Positions 1-8,187 are shown, counted from the stretch's first letter. The stretch: DNA of 35,856 nt from Kiloniellales bacterium (GCA_028280455.1 JANQLT010000035.1:1-35856); one strand, 5' to 3'. Numbers and translations: made by a program. Notes: generated by a model not told the origin, from the letters alone.

Positions 1-392
1 TCGGCGAAGTGCGCCGCCGGAGCGAGGAGGGCGGTCTCGGCCATGTGATCGCGCAGGCGCTCGGGGATCACCGCCTCGACCTTGGCGATCACGTTGCCGG
101 CGGCCTCGGCCAGCTCCCGGTCGGCCCAGGACTCGACGATGCGGGCGCCCAGCACCAGGGCCTCGATCTCCTGCTCGTCGAACATCAGCGGCGGTAGGTC
201 GAAGCCGCCGCGCAGCACGTAGCCGACGCCGGCCTCGCCCTCGATCGGCACGCCGCAGGAGATCAGGTCGCGGACGTCGCGATAGATGGTCCGCTCGGAC
301 ACCTCGAGCTGCTCGGCCAGGTCCCGCGCCCGGGTCAAGGAGCGCCGGCGCAGCACCTGGATGATCTCGAAAAGGCGGTCGGCGCGGCGCAT
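1..392 (-). CDS. YafY-family transcriptional regulator (HTH plus WYL-type ligand domain); N-terminal ~130 aa only, the gene continues past the window start
   Basis: Minus-strand translation from the ATG at 390-392 reads MRRADRLFEIIQVLRRRSLTRARDLAEQLEVSERTIYRDVRDLISCGVPIEGEAGVGYVL... This is a typical DeoR/YafY HTH_11 N-terminus. The frame stays open to position 1. Confidence 0.75.
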   Translation of the reverse strand, partial: MRRADRLFEIIQVLRRRSLTRARDLAEQLEVSERTIYRDVRDLISCGVPIEGEAGVGYVLRGGFDLPPLMFDEQEIEALVLGARIVESWADRELAEAAGNVIAKVEAVIPERLRDHMAETALLAPAAHFA

Positions 393-554
393 GGCCTCCT
401 CCCGGGCGGGCCCCTGACATGATGCGTCACCAGTGCCGAGACTAACCCGGTGCTCCTGACTCCATGCTGTCAGTAGTCGACGTCCAGTCTGCGCTTGTCC
501 GGCGCCGGGCGGTCCCGCGCGGCCCTCCCCGCCCAACCTTCAAGGAGCAGAGCC

Positions 555-764
555 ATGGGGCCCCACTACGATCATAACGTCTCGCTCGTCTTGCGGCTCC
601 GGGAAGATCCGGCCGGCCGCGCCGGGCCCGCCTGGCTCGGGCGCCGCGACGCCCGCAACCGACGCCTGGGCCAGCACACCCAGCCCCGCCAGGCGGCCGC
701 CGCCCTCGGCAAAGCCCGCTGGCCCTTGTTGCAGCCGTTTTTCGCAACGCCGCAAGGCCAATAG
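555..764 (+). CDS. hypothetical small protein (69 aa), weak call
   Basis: ATG at 555 follows an AGGAG Shine-Dalgarno (caaggagcagagccATG). Third codon positions are GC-rich, as in the rest of the genome. The product (MGPHYDHNVSLVLRLREDP...) is Arg-rich and of low complexity with no recognisable family. Confidence 0.2.
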   Translation: MGPHYDHNVSLVLRLREDPAGRAGPAWLGRRDARNRRLGQHTQPRQAAAALGKARWPLLQPFFATPQGQ

Positions 765-789
765 CGGTAGAGCCGGGCACAAAAATGTA

Positions 790-965
790 CACTGTCACCG
801 GTAATCGCTCCCGTCGCCTCTTTCCCCACGCTCCATCTTCTCCAATTCCCTTTTCCCTTGCCCTCTGCCCAAGTTCCTTCTCTGTTCCCAAGTTTCCTTT
901 ACTCTACTTCCCTTGCTCGCTCTCTCGCTCCCCGCCGATAAAACCCTCTTTTAATGGTGACAGTG
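790..965. repeat. ~155-bp polypyrimidine (CT-rich on + strand) tract bounded by a 10-bp inverted repeat
   Basis: CACTGTCACC at 790-799 pairs with GGTGACAGTG at 956-965. The enclosed + strand is almost entirely C/T (ttcccttttcccttgccctctgcccaagttccttctctgttccc...). A very AT-rich segment follows at 966-1015. Confidence 0.6.
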
Positions 966-1231
966 ATTATTTATTATACATATAGTCAAACTCTACAGTC
1001 TAAAACACCATATATTGATCCATCGACAGGGTGACCCCCAGGGTGGCGGGCCTCGGCGGAAGGCCGAGGGCGGCGGCTCGGCGTCGCGGGTTGACGAGGG
1101 ATCGGGCGGCAGAGGCAACGGCGACAGTCGGGATCGCTGGGCCGGTGCCGTTCGCGGCGGGGCGCCTAACGGCCGCTTAACCTTGAGACGCTATGGCTGC
1201 TGCTCCCCAAGCACGGGCGTGGAGAGGCGGC

Positions 1232-2137
1232 ATGCGGCCCTTACGGTCCCACCTGGCAGGGGCGCTCTTGAGCGGCCTGGTCCTGCTCCTGGCGGGCTGC
1301 GCCGGCAGCGCCGGGCCCGAGCGGGGCGGCCCGCAGCCGGCCCTGCAGAGCGCCAGCCTGGAAGAGGAGCTGCTGGGCGGCAGCGCCGAGGGCGTCGCCG
1401 AGGACCCCTTCGAGGACCTCAACCGCGCGCTGCTCGACAACAACCTCTGGACCTACGACAACCTGGTCGAGCCCGTCGTCCGGGCCTACCGCTGGGCCGT
1501 GCCGGAGGCGCTGCGCCTCGGCGTCTCCAACGTCATCGACAACCTGGCCCAGCCGCGCATCTTCGTGAACGACCTGCTGCAGGGCGAGTGGCAACGGGCG
1601 GCCGACTCCTTCGCGCGCTTCGCCTTCAACAGCACCATCGGCTTCGGCGGCCTGTTCGACCGGGCGAGCGAGATGCGCATCCCGCGCCACGACGAGGACT
1701 TCGGCCAGACCCTCGCCGTCTACGGCGTCGAGGCCGGCCCCTACATGGTGCTGCCCCTGCTCGGGCCCTCGACGCCGCGCGACGCGCTCGGCCGGCTGGT
1801 CGACATGGCCCTGGACCCGGCGAACTACCTGCCGACCGCCGCCGCGGCCCTGGTCAATCTCTCCGGCTCGACGGTCGACCGCTTCGCCCGCGACCCCGAG
1901 CGCCTGGCCAAGCTGCGCGAGAGCTCGATCGATTTCTACAGCACCCTGCGCGGCGCCTACCTACAGAACCGCAGCTTCGAGATCGGCAACGGCGCGCCGG
2001 CCGAAGCCAACGCCGCGACCGACGACGCCTGGGCCGAAGCCCTGAGCGAGGACTTCAGCGAGTCGGAAATCGAGCCCTCGGCCGGCGACTCGCCGCCGCC
2101 GCTCAGCCGCAGCAGCTTCCCCCTCGCGGGACTCTGA
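1232..2137 (+). CDS. mlaA: MlaA/VacJ family outer-membrane lipoprotein
   Basis: Lipoprotein signal with lipobox (MRPLRSHLAGALLSGLVLLLAGCAGS). The conserved MlaA core is present: DPFEDLNRALLDNNLWTYDNLVEPVVRAYRW, NVIDNLAQPRIFVNDLLQG, FAFNSTIGFGGLFDRAS, GQTLAVYGVEAGPYMVLPLLGPSTPRD. Confidence 0.8.
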   Translation: MRPLRSHLAGALLSGLVLLLAGCAGSAGPERGGPQPALQSASLEEELLGGSAEGVAEDPFEDLNRALLDNNLWTYDNLVEPVVRAYRWAVPEALRLGVSNVIDNLAQPRIFVNDLLQGEWQRAADSFARFAFNSTIGFGGLFDRASEMRIPRHDEDFGQTLAVYGVEAGPYMVLPLLGPSTPRDALGRLVDMALDPANYLPTAAAALVNLSGSTVDRFARDPERLAKLRESSIDFYSTLRGAYLQNRSFEIGNGAPAEANAATDDAWAEALSEDFSESEIEPSAGDSPPPLSRSSFPLAGL

Positions 2138-2369
2138 TACCAAGCTGCGGTGAGGTCCCCTCAACGCAGCTTGGCAAGCGCGACGGCGCACCCGCAGCGA
2201 AGCGAGGAAAGCCCGCGTGGCGCCTGAACGCCATAGGAACGGCGATGAGTGCACCTCGTCGCCGTCTGGTACGAGAGGACGCAGCAGCGTCGGTCTCGTG
2301 ACGGGCTCGACAGAACCGCCAAGTATCTCGCCCAATTCCTCGGTCAATAGCGTAAACCCTTGTTTAGCA

Positions 2370-2396
2370 TTGCCGAATCGTTAACTCGGCTATGCA
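2370..2396 (+). promoter_or_regulatory. putative sigma70-type promoter (TTGCCG-N13-GCTATGCA) upstream of the small ORF at 2518
   Basis: TTGCCG at 2370-2375 and GCTATGCA at 2389-2396 sit in a lower-GC stretch. The architecture resembles the alphaproteobacterial housekeeping promoter consensus (TTGACGS ... GCTANAWC). This is a motif match only. Confidence 0.2.
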
Positions 2397-2517
2397 GTTT
2401 TTACATGGGTGACGCGGTGAACGAACACTGGTGTCGCGACGTATTTCGGCTTATGTGATTACGCAACGTCAACCGAGGCCGCGGCGCGCCCCGGCCGCAG
2501 ACAAAAGGAGTAGGACC

Positions 2518-2694
2518 ATGGCGAACACCATCTTCCTCGCCGACAACACGATCCCCGGTCAGTCCGCTGTGGACCTGCGCCGGCGTGCAGCCGACGTCCT
2601 CGACGGCAGCCGTAACCTGGACCTGCGTAGCGCTTTCCGGGGCGCCGACCGCAACGTCCTGCGTGACCTCGGCCTCGATCGCGCGTCCTGCTGA
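2518..2694 (+). CDS. hypothetical small protein (58 aa)
   Basis: Strong RBS (aaaaggagtaggaccATG). Product is MANTIFLADNTIPGQSAVDLRRRAADVLDGSRNLDLRSAFRGADRNVLRDLGLDRASC, highly charged with no recognised family. A strong terminator follows immediately. Confidence 0.4.
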   Translation: MANTIFLADNTIPGQSAVDLRRRAADVLDGSRNLDLRSAFRGADRNVLRDLGLDRASC

Positions 2695-2721
2695 TCCGGC
2701 AAGGACCACTAGCCAGTTCCG

Positions 2722-2750
2722 AAAGGGCGGATCCGCGGATCCGCCCTTTT
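2722..2750. terminator. bidirectional rho-independent terminator
   Basis: aaaGGGCGGATCCgcGGATCCGCCCtttt is a perfect 10-bp GC-rich stem with an A-tract on one side and a T-tract on the other. It sits between convergent genes ending at 2694 (+) and 2765 (-). Confidence 0.8.
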
Positions 2751-2764
2751 GCTTTTCCGCAGCG

Positions 2765-3682
2765 TCACCGCGTCGGCGCCGCGATGGGCCCGTAGGCTTC
2801 GGAGCGGCGACTGCCTTCGAGATCCAGGAAGCGGCGGTAGCGCTCGGCCATCTCGAGGTCGAGCCTCGCCACGACCAGCTCGTCGCCGACGCCTTCGGCC
2901 TGGGCCAAGAGCTCCCCGGAGGGCGCGATCACGCAGCTCTCGGCCAGCATCTCCACGCCCTCTTCGACTCCCGCCTTGGCGGCCGCGACGACGAAGAGGC
3001 TGTTCTGGTAGGCGCCGGCTTGCATCGGCAGCCGGTGGTGGAAGCCGCGCAGGTCGTTCTGCCAGGGCGCGTCGGGCAGATGCGCCGGCGTGTTGTAGCC
3101 GATCAGCAGCAGCTCGGCGCCGGCCAGGCGCAGCAGCCGATAGGTCTCGGGCCAGCGCCGGTCGTTGCAGATCGCCAGGCCGATCCGGCTTCCGAAGGCA
3201 GGCCAGACCGGGAAGCCGAGGTCGCCGTCGCTGAAGTAGCGCGGCTCCATGTGCTGGACCGGCAGGCCCGGCACCGGGTCGCGCGTGCCGGGGACGTGAA
3301 CCTTGCGGTACTTGCCGATCACGGCGCCGTCGGGGCCGACCAGGACCGCGCTGTTGAAGAAGCGCTCGAGACCGTTCTGCCGGGCCCGCTCGCAATAGCC
3401 CAAGGCGAAACCGACCTGCAGGTCCGCGGCGGCCTGGAACAGCGGCCGGGTCTCCGGACCCGGCATCTCGCTTTCGAAATAGCCCGCCAGCTCCTCGTCG
3501 TCTTCGACCAGGCGGCGCGGAAAGAACGGCGTCAGCGCCATCTCGGGAAAGGCCACGAGGGCGCAGCCGGCGGCCTTCGCCCGCTCCAGCAGCGCGATCA
3601 GGCGCGCGACCACAGACGGCCGGCCATCCGCGCGCTCGATCGGACCGAGCTGCCCGGCAGCCACCGTCAAGGCACGGCTCAT
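2765..3682 (-). CDS. carbon-nitrogen hydrolase (nitrilase superfamily), N-carbamoyl-D-amino-acid hydrolase-like
   Basis: Translation from the ATG at 3682 reads MSRALTVAAGQLGPIERADGRPSVVARLIALLERAKAAGCALVAFPEMALTPFFP ... RIGLAICNDRRWPETYR ... The Glu-Lys-Cys catalytic context is typical of D-carbamoylases and related CN hydrolases. Confidence 0.8.
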   Translation of the reverse strand: MSRALTVAAGQLGPIERADGRPSVVARLIALLERAKAAGCALVAFPEMALTPFFPRRLVEDDEELAGYFESEMPGPETRPLFQAAADLQVGFALGYCERARQNGLERFFNSAVLVGPDGAVIGKYRKVHVPGTRDPVPGLPVQHMEPRYFSDGDLGFPVWPAFGSRIGLAICNDRRWPETYRLLRLAGAELLLIGYNTPAHLPDAPWQNDLRGFHHRLPMQAGAYQNSLFVVAAAKAGVEEGVEMLAESCVIAPSGELLAQAEGVGDELVVARLDLEMAERYRRFLDLEGSRRSEAYGPIAAPTR

Positions 3683-3935
3683 GGCCGGCACCGATAGAGG
3701 CCGAGGGCCTCCGGCGACAGCGATTTCGGATACACGACTCCCTCCCGCTACCACTCGAACGAGCGAAACGGCCACGCCCCTTTGATAGTATATATAATGT
3801 ATAGATCAAGGAATTTCAATATCAAATCGGATATTCAAAACGAAATGGAATTCGCGACCCTACATGCCATATATAGGCCGTCAGCATTCACGCAACAAAT
3901 TGATTTCTTATTAGGAAATAGAGAGGGAGGATGAC

Positions 3936-5690
3936 ATGTGGCAAGCGCTTCTTGCAATCGCGCTCGTTCTTCTTTCGGCCTATCTGTTTCTACTAAGTAG
4001 CGTCGGCGCCAGGGCCGGCGGCCGTCTCGGCCGTTTCCTGCCCGCGAGCCGGCGGCTCTTGGCCGTCGCGGCGGGCTTCGGCGCGCTGCTGCTCGCCGCC
4101 GGCACGTCGGTGACCTACATCGACGCGGACGAGGTCGGGCATCTCAAGCGGATCTACGGCAGCGAGGAGCTGGCCAAGGGGCGCATCATCGCCACCGCGG
4201 GCCAGAAGGGGCCGCAGGCCGACATCCTCGGCCCGGGCTTCCATCTGATCCCGCTGCTGCACATCGTCTACGACGTCGAGCGCTTCCCCGTCGTCGAGGT
4301 GCCGCAGGGCAGCTACGCCGAGCTGACGGCCCTGGACGGCGAAGCCATGCCGGCGGGCATGTACATCGCGCCGCGCTTCCCGACCGAGCGCGAGGAGGCG
4401 ATGCTCGACGCCAACCGCTTCCTGTCGGAGGCGGGCTACCGGGGGCCGCAGGAGAGCGTCCTCAAGCCCGGCCGCTATCGCCTCAACCGCTACCTCTGGA
4501 AGGTCGATCTGCGCGAGAACGAGGCGACCGTGATCCCCGCCGGTTTCGTCGGCGTGGTGAAGAGCAACGTGCGCGACCCGCAGACGGCCTGCCCGGCGCC
4601 CGGTGCCGGCCCGAGCGAGCCGGCCAACGCGGACCTGCGCGCGCCCCTGGTGTCGCGCGGCTGCATCGGCATCTGGGACGAGCCGCTGTTCCCCGGCGCC
4701 TACTACCTGAACAAGCGGGCCTACGAGGTGACCCTGGTCGACACCCGCGTGCAGACCTGGGCCTACGTCGGCGGCTACGTGAAGCGGCGCATCGACCTGG
4801 TGGTCGACCAGGACGGCAAGATCACCCAGAAGGAGTCGCAGCAGACCGTCGCCACGCCGGCCTCGGCCGCCGACCGCGCGGTCTTCATCAAGCTCGAAGG
4901 TTGGGACGTGCCGCAGGAGCTGCGCGTCGTCGTCCAGGTCTCGCCGGAGAACGCGCCCAAGGTGGTCTCCTCGGTCGGCGATATCGAAGCCGTCGAGAAC
5001 CGCATCATCACGCCGGTGATCCGCTCCGCCGTGCGCAACATCGCGGCGCGCAGCCTGAGCCTCGAGCAGGTCCAGGAGGACGGCAGCCGGCAGCGCATCG
5101 AGCGGCCGGTCCGGGTGCTCGACCTGATCGAGCTGCGGCCCGCCATCGAGGATCTGATCGAGGACGAGATCAAGTCCGAGGGCCGTAAGGCGGGCGTCAA
5201 CATCAAGGAGATCCGCCTCGGCGAGCCGGCCATCCCGCCCGAGCTGCTGGTCTCGCGCCTGCGCGAGCAGCTGGCCCGGCAGCTCTCCCGCGCCTATCTC
5301 GAGGAGCGCAAGGCGCAGCAGACCCGGCTGGAGACCGAGCGCGCGCGGGCCACCGCGGACGAGCAGCCGCGCCTGGTGAAGGCGGACATCGACGTCTCCG
5401 TCTCCGAGCGCCTGATGCTGACCGCCCGCAACGAGGGCGCCGCCAACCGCGCCTTCCTCGAAGAGCAGGCCCAGGGCCAGCGGGCCCAAGTCGAGGTGCT
5501 CGGCCAGGACCGGGTGATGACTCTCGAGATGATCAAGCAGGTGCTGCAGACGCTCAGCGACAAGCCGGAGCTGGTGCAGCTCGTCGAGCGCCTGGTGCCG
5601 CACACCGTGGTCTCGGGCGAGAACGGCAGCGGCCTCGCCGGCGCCGCCGCCCTGCTCGGCGAAGCCCTGCGCCCGAAAGCGACGGAGTAA
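3936..5690 (+). CDS. SPFH/band-7 (flotillin-like) membrane protein with an atypically large insertion
   Basis: Two N-terminal TM helices are followed by an SPFH-like start (VTYIDADEVGHLKRIYGS ... LGPGFHLIPLLHIVYDVERFPVVEVP). About 200 aa of extra sequence comes next, then the SPFH helical part (ITPVIRSAVRNIAARSLSLEQV ... IKEIRLGEPAIPPEL). The tail is a flotillin-type Glu/Arg/Ala-rich coiled coil (ERKAQQTRLETERARATADE...). It has a strong RBS (gagggaggatgacATG). Confidence 0.55.
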   Translation: MWQALLAIALVLLSAYLFLLSSVGARAGGRLGRFLPASRRLLAVAAGFGALLLAAGTSVTYIDADEVGHLKRIYGSEELAKGRIIATAGQKGPQADILGPGFHLIPLLHIVYDVERFPVVEVPQGSYAELTALDGEAMPAGMYIAPRFPTEREEAMLDANRFLSEAGYRGPQESVLKPGRYRLNRYLWKVDLRENEATVIPAGFVGVVKSNVRDPQTACPAPGAGPSEPANADLRAPLVSRGCIGIWDEPLFPGAYYLNKRAYEVTLVDTRVQTWAYVGGYVKRRIDLVVDQDGKITQKESQQTVATPASAADRAVFIKLEGWDVPQELRVVVQVSPENAPKVVSSVGDIEAVENRIITPVIRSAVRNIAARSLSLEQVQEDGSRQRIERPVRVLDLIELRPAIEDLIEDEIKSEGRKAGVNIKEIRLGEPAIPPELLVSRLREQLARQLSRAYLEERKAQQTRLETERARATADEQPRLVKADIDVSVSERLMLTARNEGAANRAFLEEQAQGQRAQVEVLGQDRVMTLEMIKQVLQTLSDKPELVQLVERLVPHTVVSGENGSGLAGAAALLGEALRPKATE

Positions 5691-5860
5691 GCAAGCACGA
5701 CGGCCCCTGCGCGGGGCCCGGCCGCACTGTCGGTCGGGCCCCGTCGCTTTGGCCAGCCAGAGCGTTCCTTGCTTGGGCGGAACCGGCAGCGGTCCGCTCG
5801 TTCGGCAACGCTCTCGCGATCGCCACTCGCGGCAGTCACCGTCGACATCGAAACGAACTG

Positions 5861-5993
5861 CCCCCTCACCCGGCTCCGGCTAGGCTCGGCTGCGCCTCAC
5901 CAAGCCTACGCATCCCTCTCCCCCGTCGGGGGAGAGGGCCGTGGAGGCTTAGCGAAGCCGTAGGCTGAGCTTAGCCGGAGCCGGGTGAGGGGG
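5861..5993. repeat. ~133-bp nested imperfect palindrome (REP/MITE-like superhairpin) between convergent genes
   Basis: Outer 30-bp arms ccccctcacccggctccggctaggctcggc (5861-5890) and gctgagcttagccggagccgggtgaggggg (5964-5993) match 28/30 as reverse complements. An inner palindrome ccctctccccc-gtc-gggggagaggg lies at the centre. Confidence 0.7.
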
Positions 5994-6047
5994 CAGGTCG
6001 TTGCCCTTTGGCAGCGGGCCGGCGATGTCACCCAATGCGGTAGCGCG

Positions 6048-6923
6048 CTAGCCGGCGACGAACTCGAGCAGCGTGCCGCCGGCCTGGTCCGGCGCGATCT
6101 CGATCGCGTCGCCGCGCCGCGCGAAGGGCACGGCGTTGTCGGCCAGGAGAGCTTCCAAGGCCCCGACATCGGCCACGGCGATCGTCGCCGCGACGAAGGC
6201 CGCGCCTGCCGCGCTGACGGTAAGCGGCGTCGCGAAGCGGCCTTGCAAGGCGGCGGCCGAGAGCACCTCGATGCGGCCGCCGCGCAGCGAAACGGTGAGG
6301 CCGTCGGCCGTCTCCGCCACGGCCTCGGGCGAGACCATCCGCTCGAAGAAGGCCCGCTGCGTCGCCGGCGACTCGGCCGCCATGGTGACGGCGGCGATGC
6401 CGCGGGCACCGTTGGCGTGGCTCTGGTACTGGGCCTGCCAGAAGGCCTCGGGGTTGTGCTGCTGGCAAACGAAGAAGGCGGCCTCCGGCATGGCCGGGTC
6501 GAGCGCGAAGGCGAGGCTGAAGGCGACCGTCGCGCTGCCGCCGTCGGGCTGCTTCGCTTGGCGGGAGAAATGCAGCGGCTCGTAAGTCGCCAGGCCGCGC
6601 GCCGCCCAGGTCTCGTTGTCGCGGGCCGCGTCGTCGCTGGTCAGCACCAGCATCGACAGGCCCTCGCGCTTGGCCAGGAAGTCGGCGTTGAAGGCGCCGA
6701 AGCTGAAGCGGCCCTCGCTCGGCGGCACCAGCTTCTCGGGCTCGACCACCGCCAGCAGCTCCAGGAAGCTGCCCTGAAGCTGCGCCAGGCTGTTGCCGGT
6801 GCCGAAGGGATGCCGCGCCTCGGGCGTCAGCGTGAAGCCGAAGCGCGCGTACTGCCGGCGCGCGGCCGCCAGGTCGTGCCAGGCGAGAACGAGATGGTCG
6901 ATGGCGGGACCGGTCGCGGTCAT
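6048..6923 (-). CDS. VOC family protein (tandem glyoxalase-like domains)
   Basis: MTATGPAIDHLVLAWHDLAAARRQYARFGFTLTPEARHPFGTGNSLAQLQGSFLELLAV... has a glyoxalase-like fold signature. Its start overlaps the upstream methyltransferase stop (ATGA). Confidence 0.7.
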   Translation of the reverse strand: MTATGPAIDHLVLAWHDLAAARRQYARFGFTLTPEARHPFGTGNSLAQLQGSFLELLAVVEPEKLVPPSEGRFSFGAFNADFLAKREGLSMLVLTSDDAARDNETWAARGLATYEPLHFSRQAKQPDGGSATVAFSLAFALDPAMPEAAFFVCQQHNPEAFWQAQYQSHANGARGIAAVTMAAESPATQRAFFERMVSPEAVAETADGLTVSLRGGRIEVLSAAALQGRFATPLTVSAAGAAFVAATIAVADVGALEALLADNAVPFARRGDAIEIAPDQAGGTLLEFVAG

Positions 6924-8176
6924 GGGCCGGGAGTCTCCTCTGTGGCGCCGGGCGGGTTCGCCAGCGCCATGACGTTGGCGCCGATCAGGGCCTCGGTCAG
7001 GGCCTCGACGTCGGCGGCGAAACGGCCCCAGGTCAAACGCGAGTCGGCCTGCGCCAGGGCCGCGTGGATCGCGCCGAAAGTCGTGCGGCCGTCGATGCGC
7101 GCCAGGATCGCCGGCGCCAGGCGCGGCAAGGGCAGGGTGATCGGCAGCCCTTCGAACTCGACCGTCAGGCTCAGCTTGTCGCGCGCCGTCTCGGCGAGCT
7201 GCCGGCCGTCATGGAAAGGCAGGATCGGCCGCGTGTCCGGTCCCTCGAATCGGGCCAGACGCTCGCCTGCGTCACGCGCGACGTAGACCACATGGGTCTT
7301 CATGTTGCCCGCCAGCACCTCGGCGACCGCTGCCCGCTCGCGCTGGTCGAGAGACTCGAAGCGACCCGCCAGCTTGGGGTCCTTGACGTAGCTGCGCGGC
7401 TCGTAGCGCAGCGGCTCCAGGAATCGCGTCACGCCGAGGCCGGCGCCGTCGAGCAAGGCGAGCAGCTCGGACACGCTGTAGGCGCGGTCGCGGGCATGCA
7501 GCAGCAGGTCGACCAGCTCGGCGTCGCTGCGCTTGTGGTCGCCGAGGAAGGGGTTCCGGCGGAACCAGTTGGTCCGCGGCAGGGCCTCGAGCAGGCCGCG
7601 CGCCAGCGTGATCCGCTCGGGCAGCGGCGCCTCGCCGGCCAGGGTCCGCAGCACGCCCTGCAGCGGATAGAGCCCGGTGCGACCGTAGCGGCCGTAGAGC
7701 ATCAGGCCCATGCCGCCGCCCGCCGCCAGCGCCGCCGCCAGGACGGCGAGGCCCTGCGCCGGCTCGGCCAGGTGGTGCAGCACGCCGCAGCAGTCGATGT
7801 AGTCGTAAGGGCCGGGCGCCAGGTCCGGCAGGGCGAGCAGGTCGCCGGTGACGAAACGGATGTTCGTCAAAGCGCGCGCCTCGGCGCGGGCCTCGGCGAT
7901 GGCGCGCGCCGCCTCGGAGAGGTCGAGCCAGACCACCTCGCTGTCGCCGCCGCGCTCGGCGAGCTGCTGGGCCAGCATGATGGCCGCGTCGCCGGTGCCG
8001 CCGCCAGCCACCAGGACCCGGAAGGGCGCCGTGAAGTCGCGCCGGCCGGCGAAGAGGCAGTGGTTGAGCTCGTCGAGCTGGCCGGGCGAGCCGACCACCA
8101 GGCGACGGGCCTCCTTGCGCGGGTCGCGCGTCGGGTAGGGATAGGCTTCGTACTGGGCGCGGACCGGATCGGTCAT
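6920..8176 (-). CDS. class I SAM-dependent methyltransferase (with C-terminal extension)
   Basis: From the ATG at 8176: MTDPVRAQYEAYPYPTRDP ... VLVAGGGTGDAAIMLAQQL (SAM-binding motif I) ... YDYIDCCGVLHHLAEP. Confidence 0.8.
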   Translation of the reverse strand: MTDPVRAQYEAYPYPTRDPRKEARRLVVGSPGQLDELNHCLFAGRRDFTAPFRVLVAGGGTGDAAIMLAQQLAERGGDSEVVWLDLSEAARAIAEARAEARALTNIRFVTGDLLALPDLAPGPYDYIDCCGVLHHLAEPAQGLAVLAAALAAGGGMGLMLYGRYGRTGLYPLQGVLRTLAGEAPLPERITLARGLLEALPRTNWFRRNPFLGDHKRSDAELVDLLLHARDRAYSVSELLALLDGAGLGVTRFLEPLRYEPRSYVKDPKLAGRFESLDQRERAAVAEVLAGNMKTHVVYVARDAGERLARFEGPDTRPILPFHDGRQLAETARDKLSLTVEFEGLPITLPLPRLAPAILARIDGRTTFGAIHAALAQADSRLTWGRFAADVEALTEALIGANVMALANPPGATEETPGP

Positions 8177-8187
8177 GCCGAGCGCCG

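Noticed and set aside
785-985. 66-aa ORF (MYTVTGNRSRRLFPHAPSSPIPFSLALCPSS...) across the CT-rich tract
   Set aside because: The reading frame is an artefact of the polypyrimidine tract (Pro/Ser/Leu/Phe low complexity). There is no RBS and its composition is unlike the genome's coding regions.
5906-6409. 167-aa minus-strand ORF beginning inside the 5861-5993 palindrome
   Set aside because: It is Pro/Arg/Ser-rich nonsense overlapping the superhairpin and then sits in an alternative frame of the VOC gene on the same strand, so it is not an independent gene.
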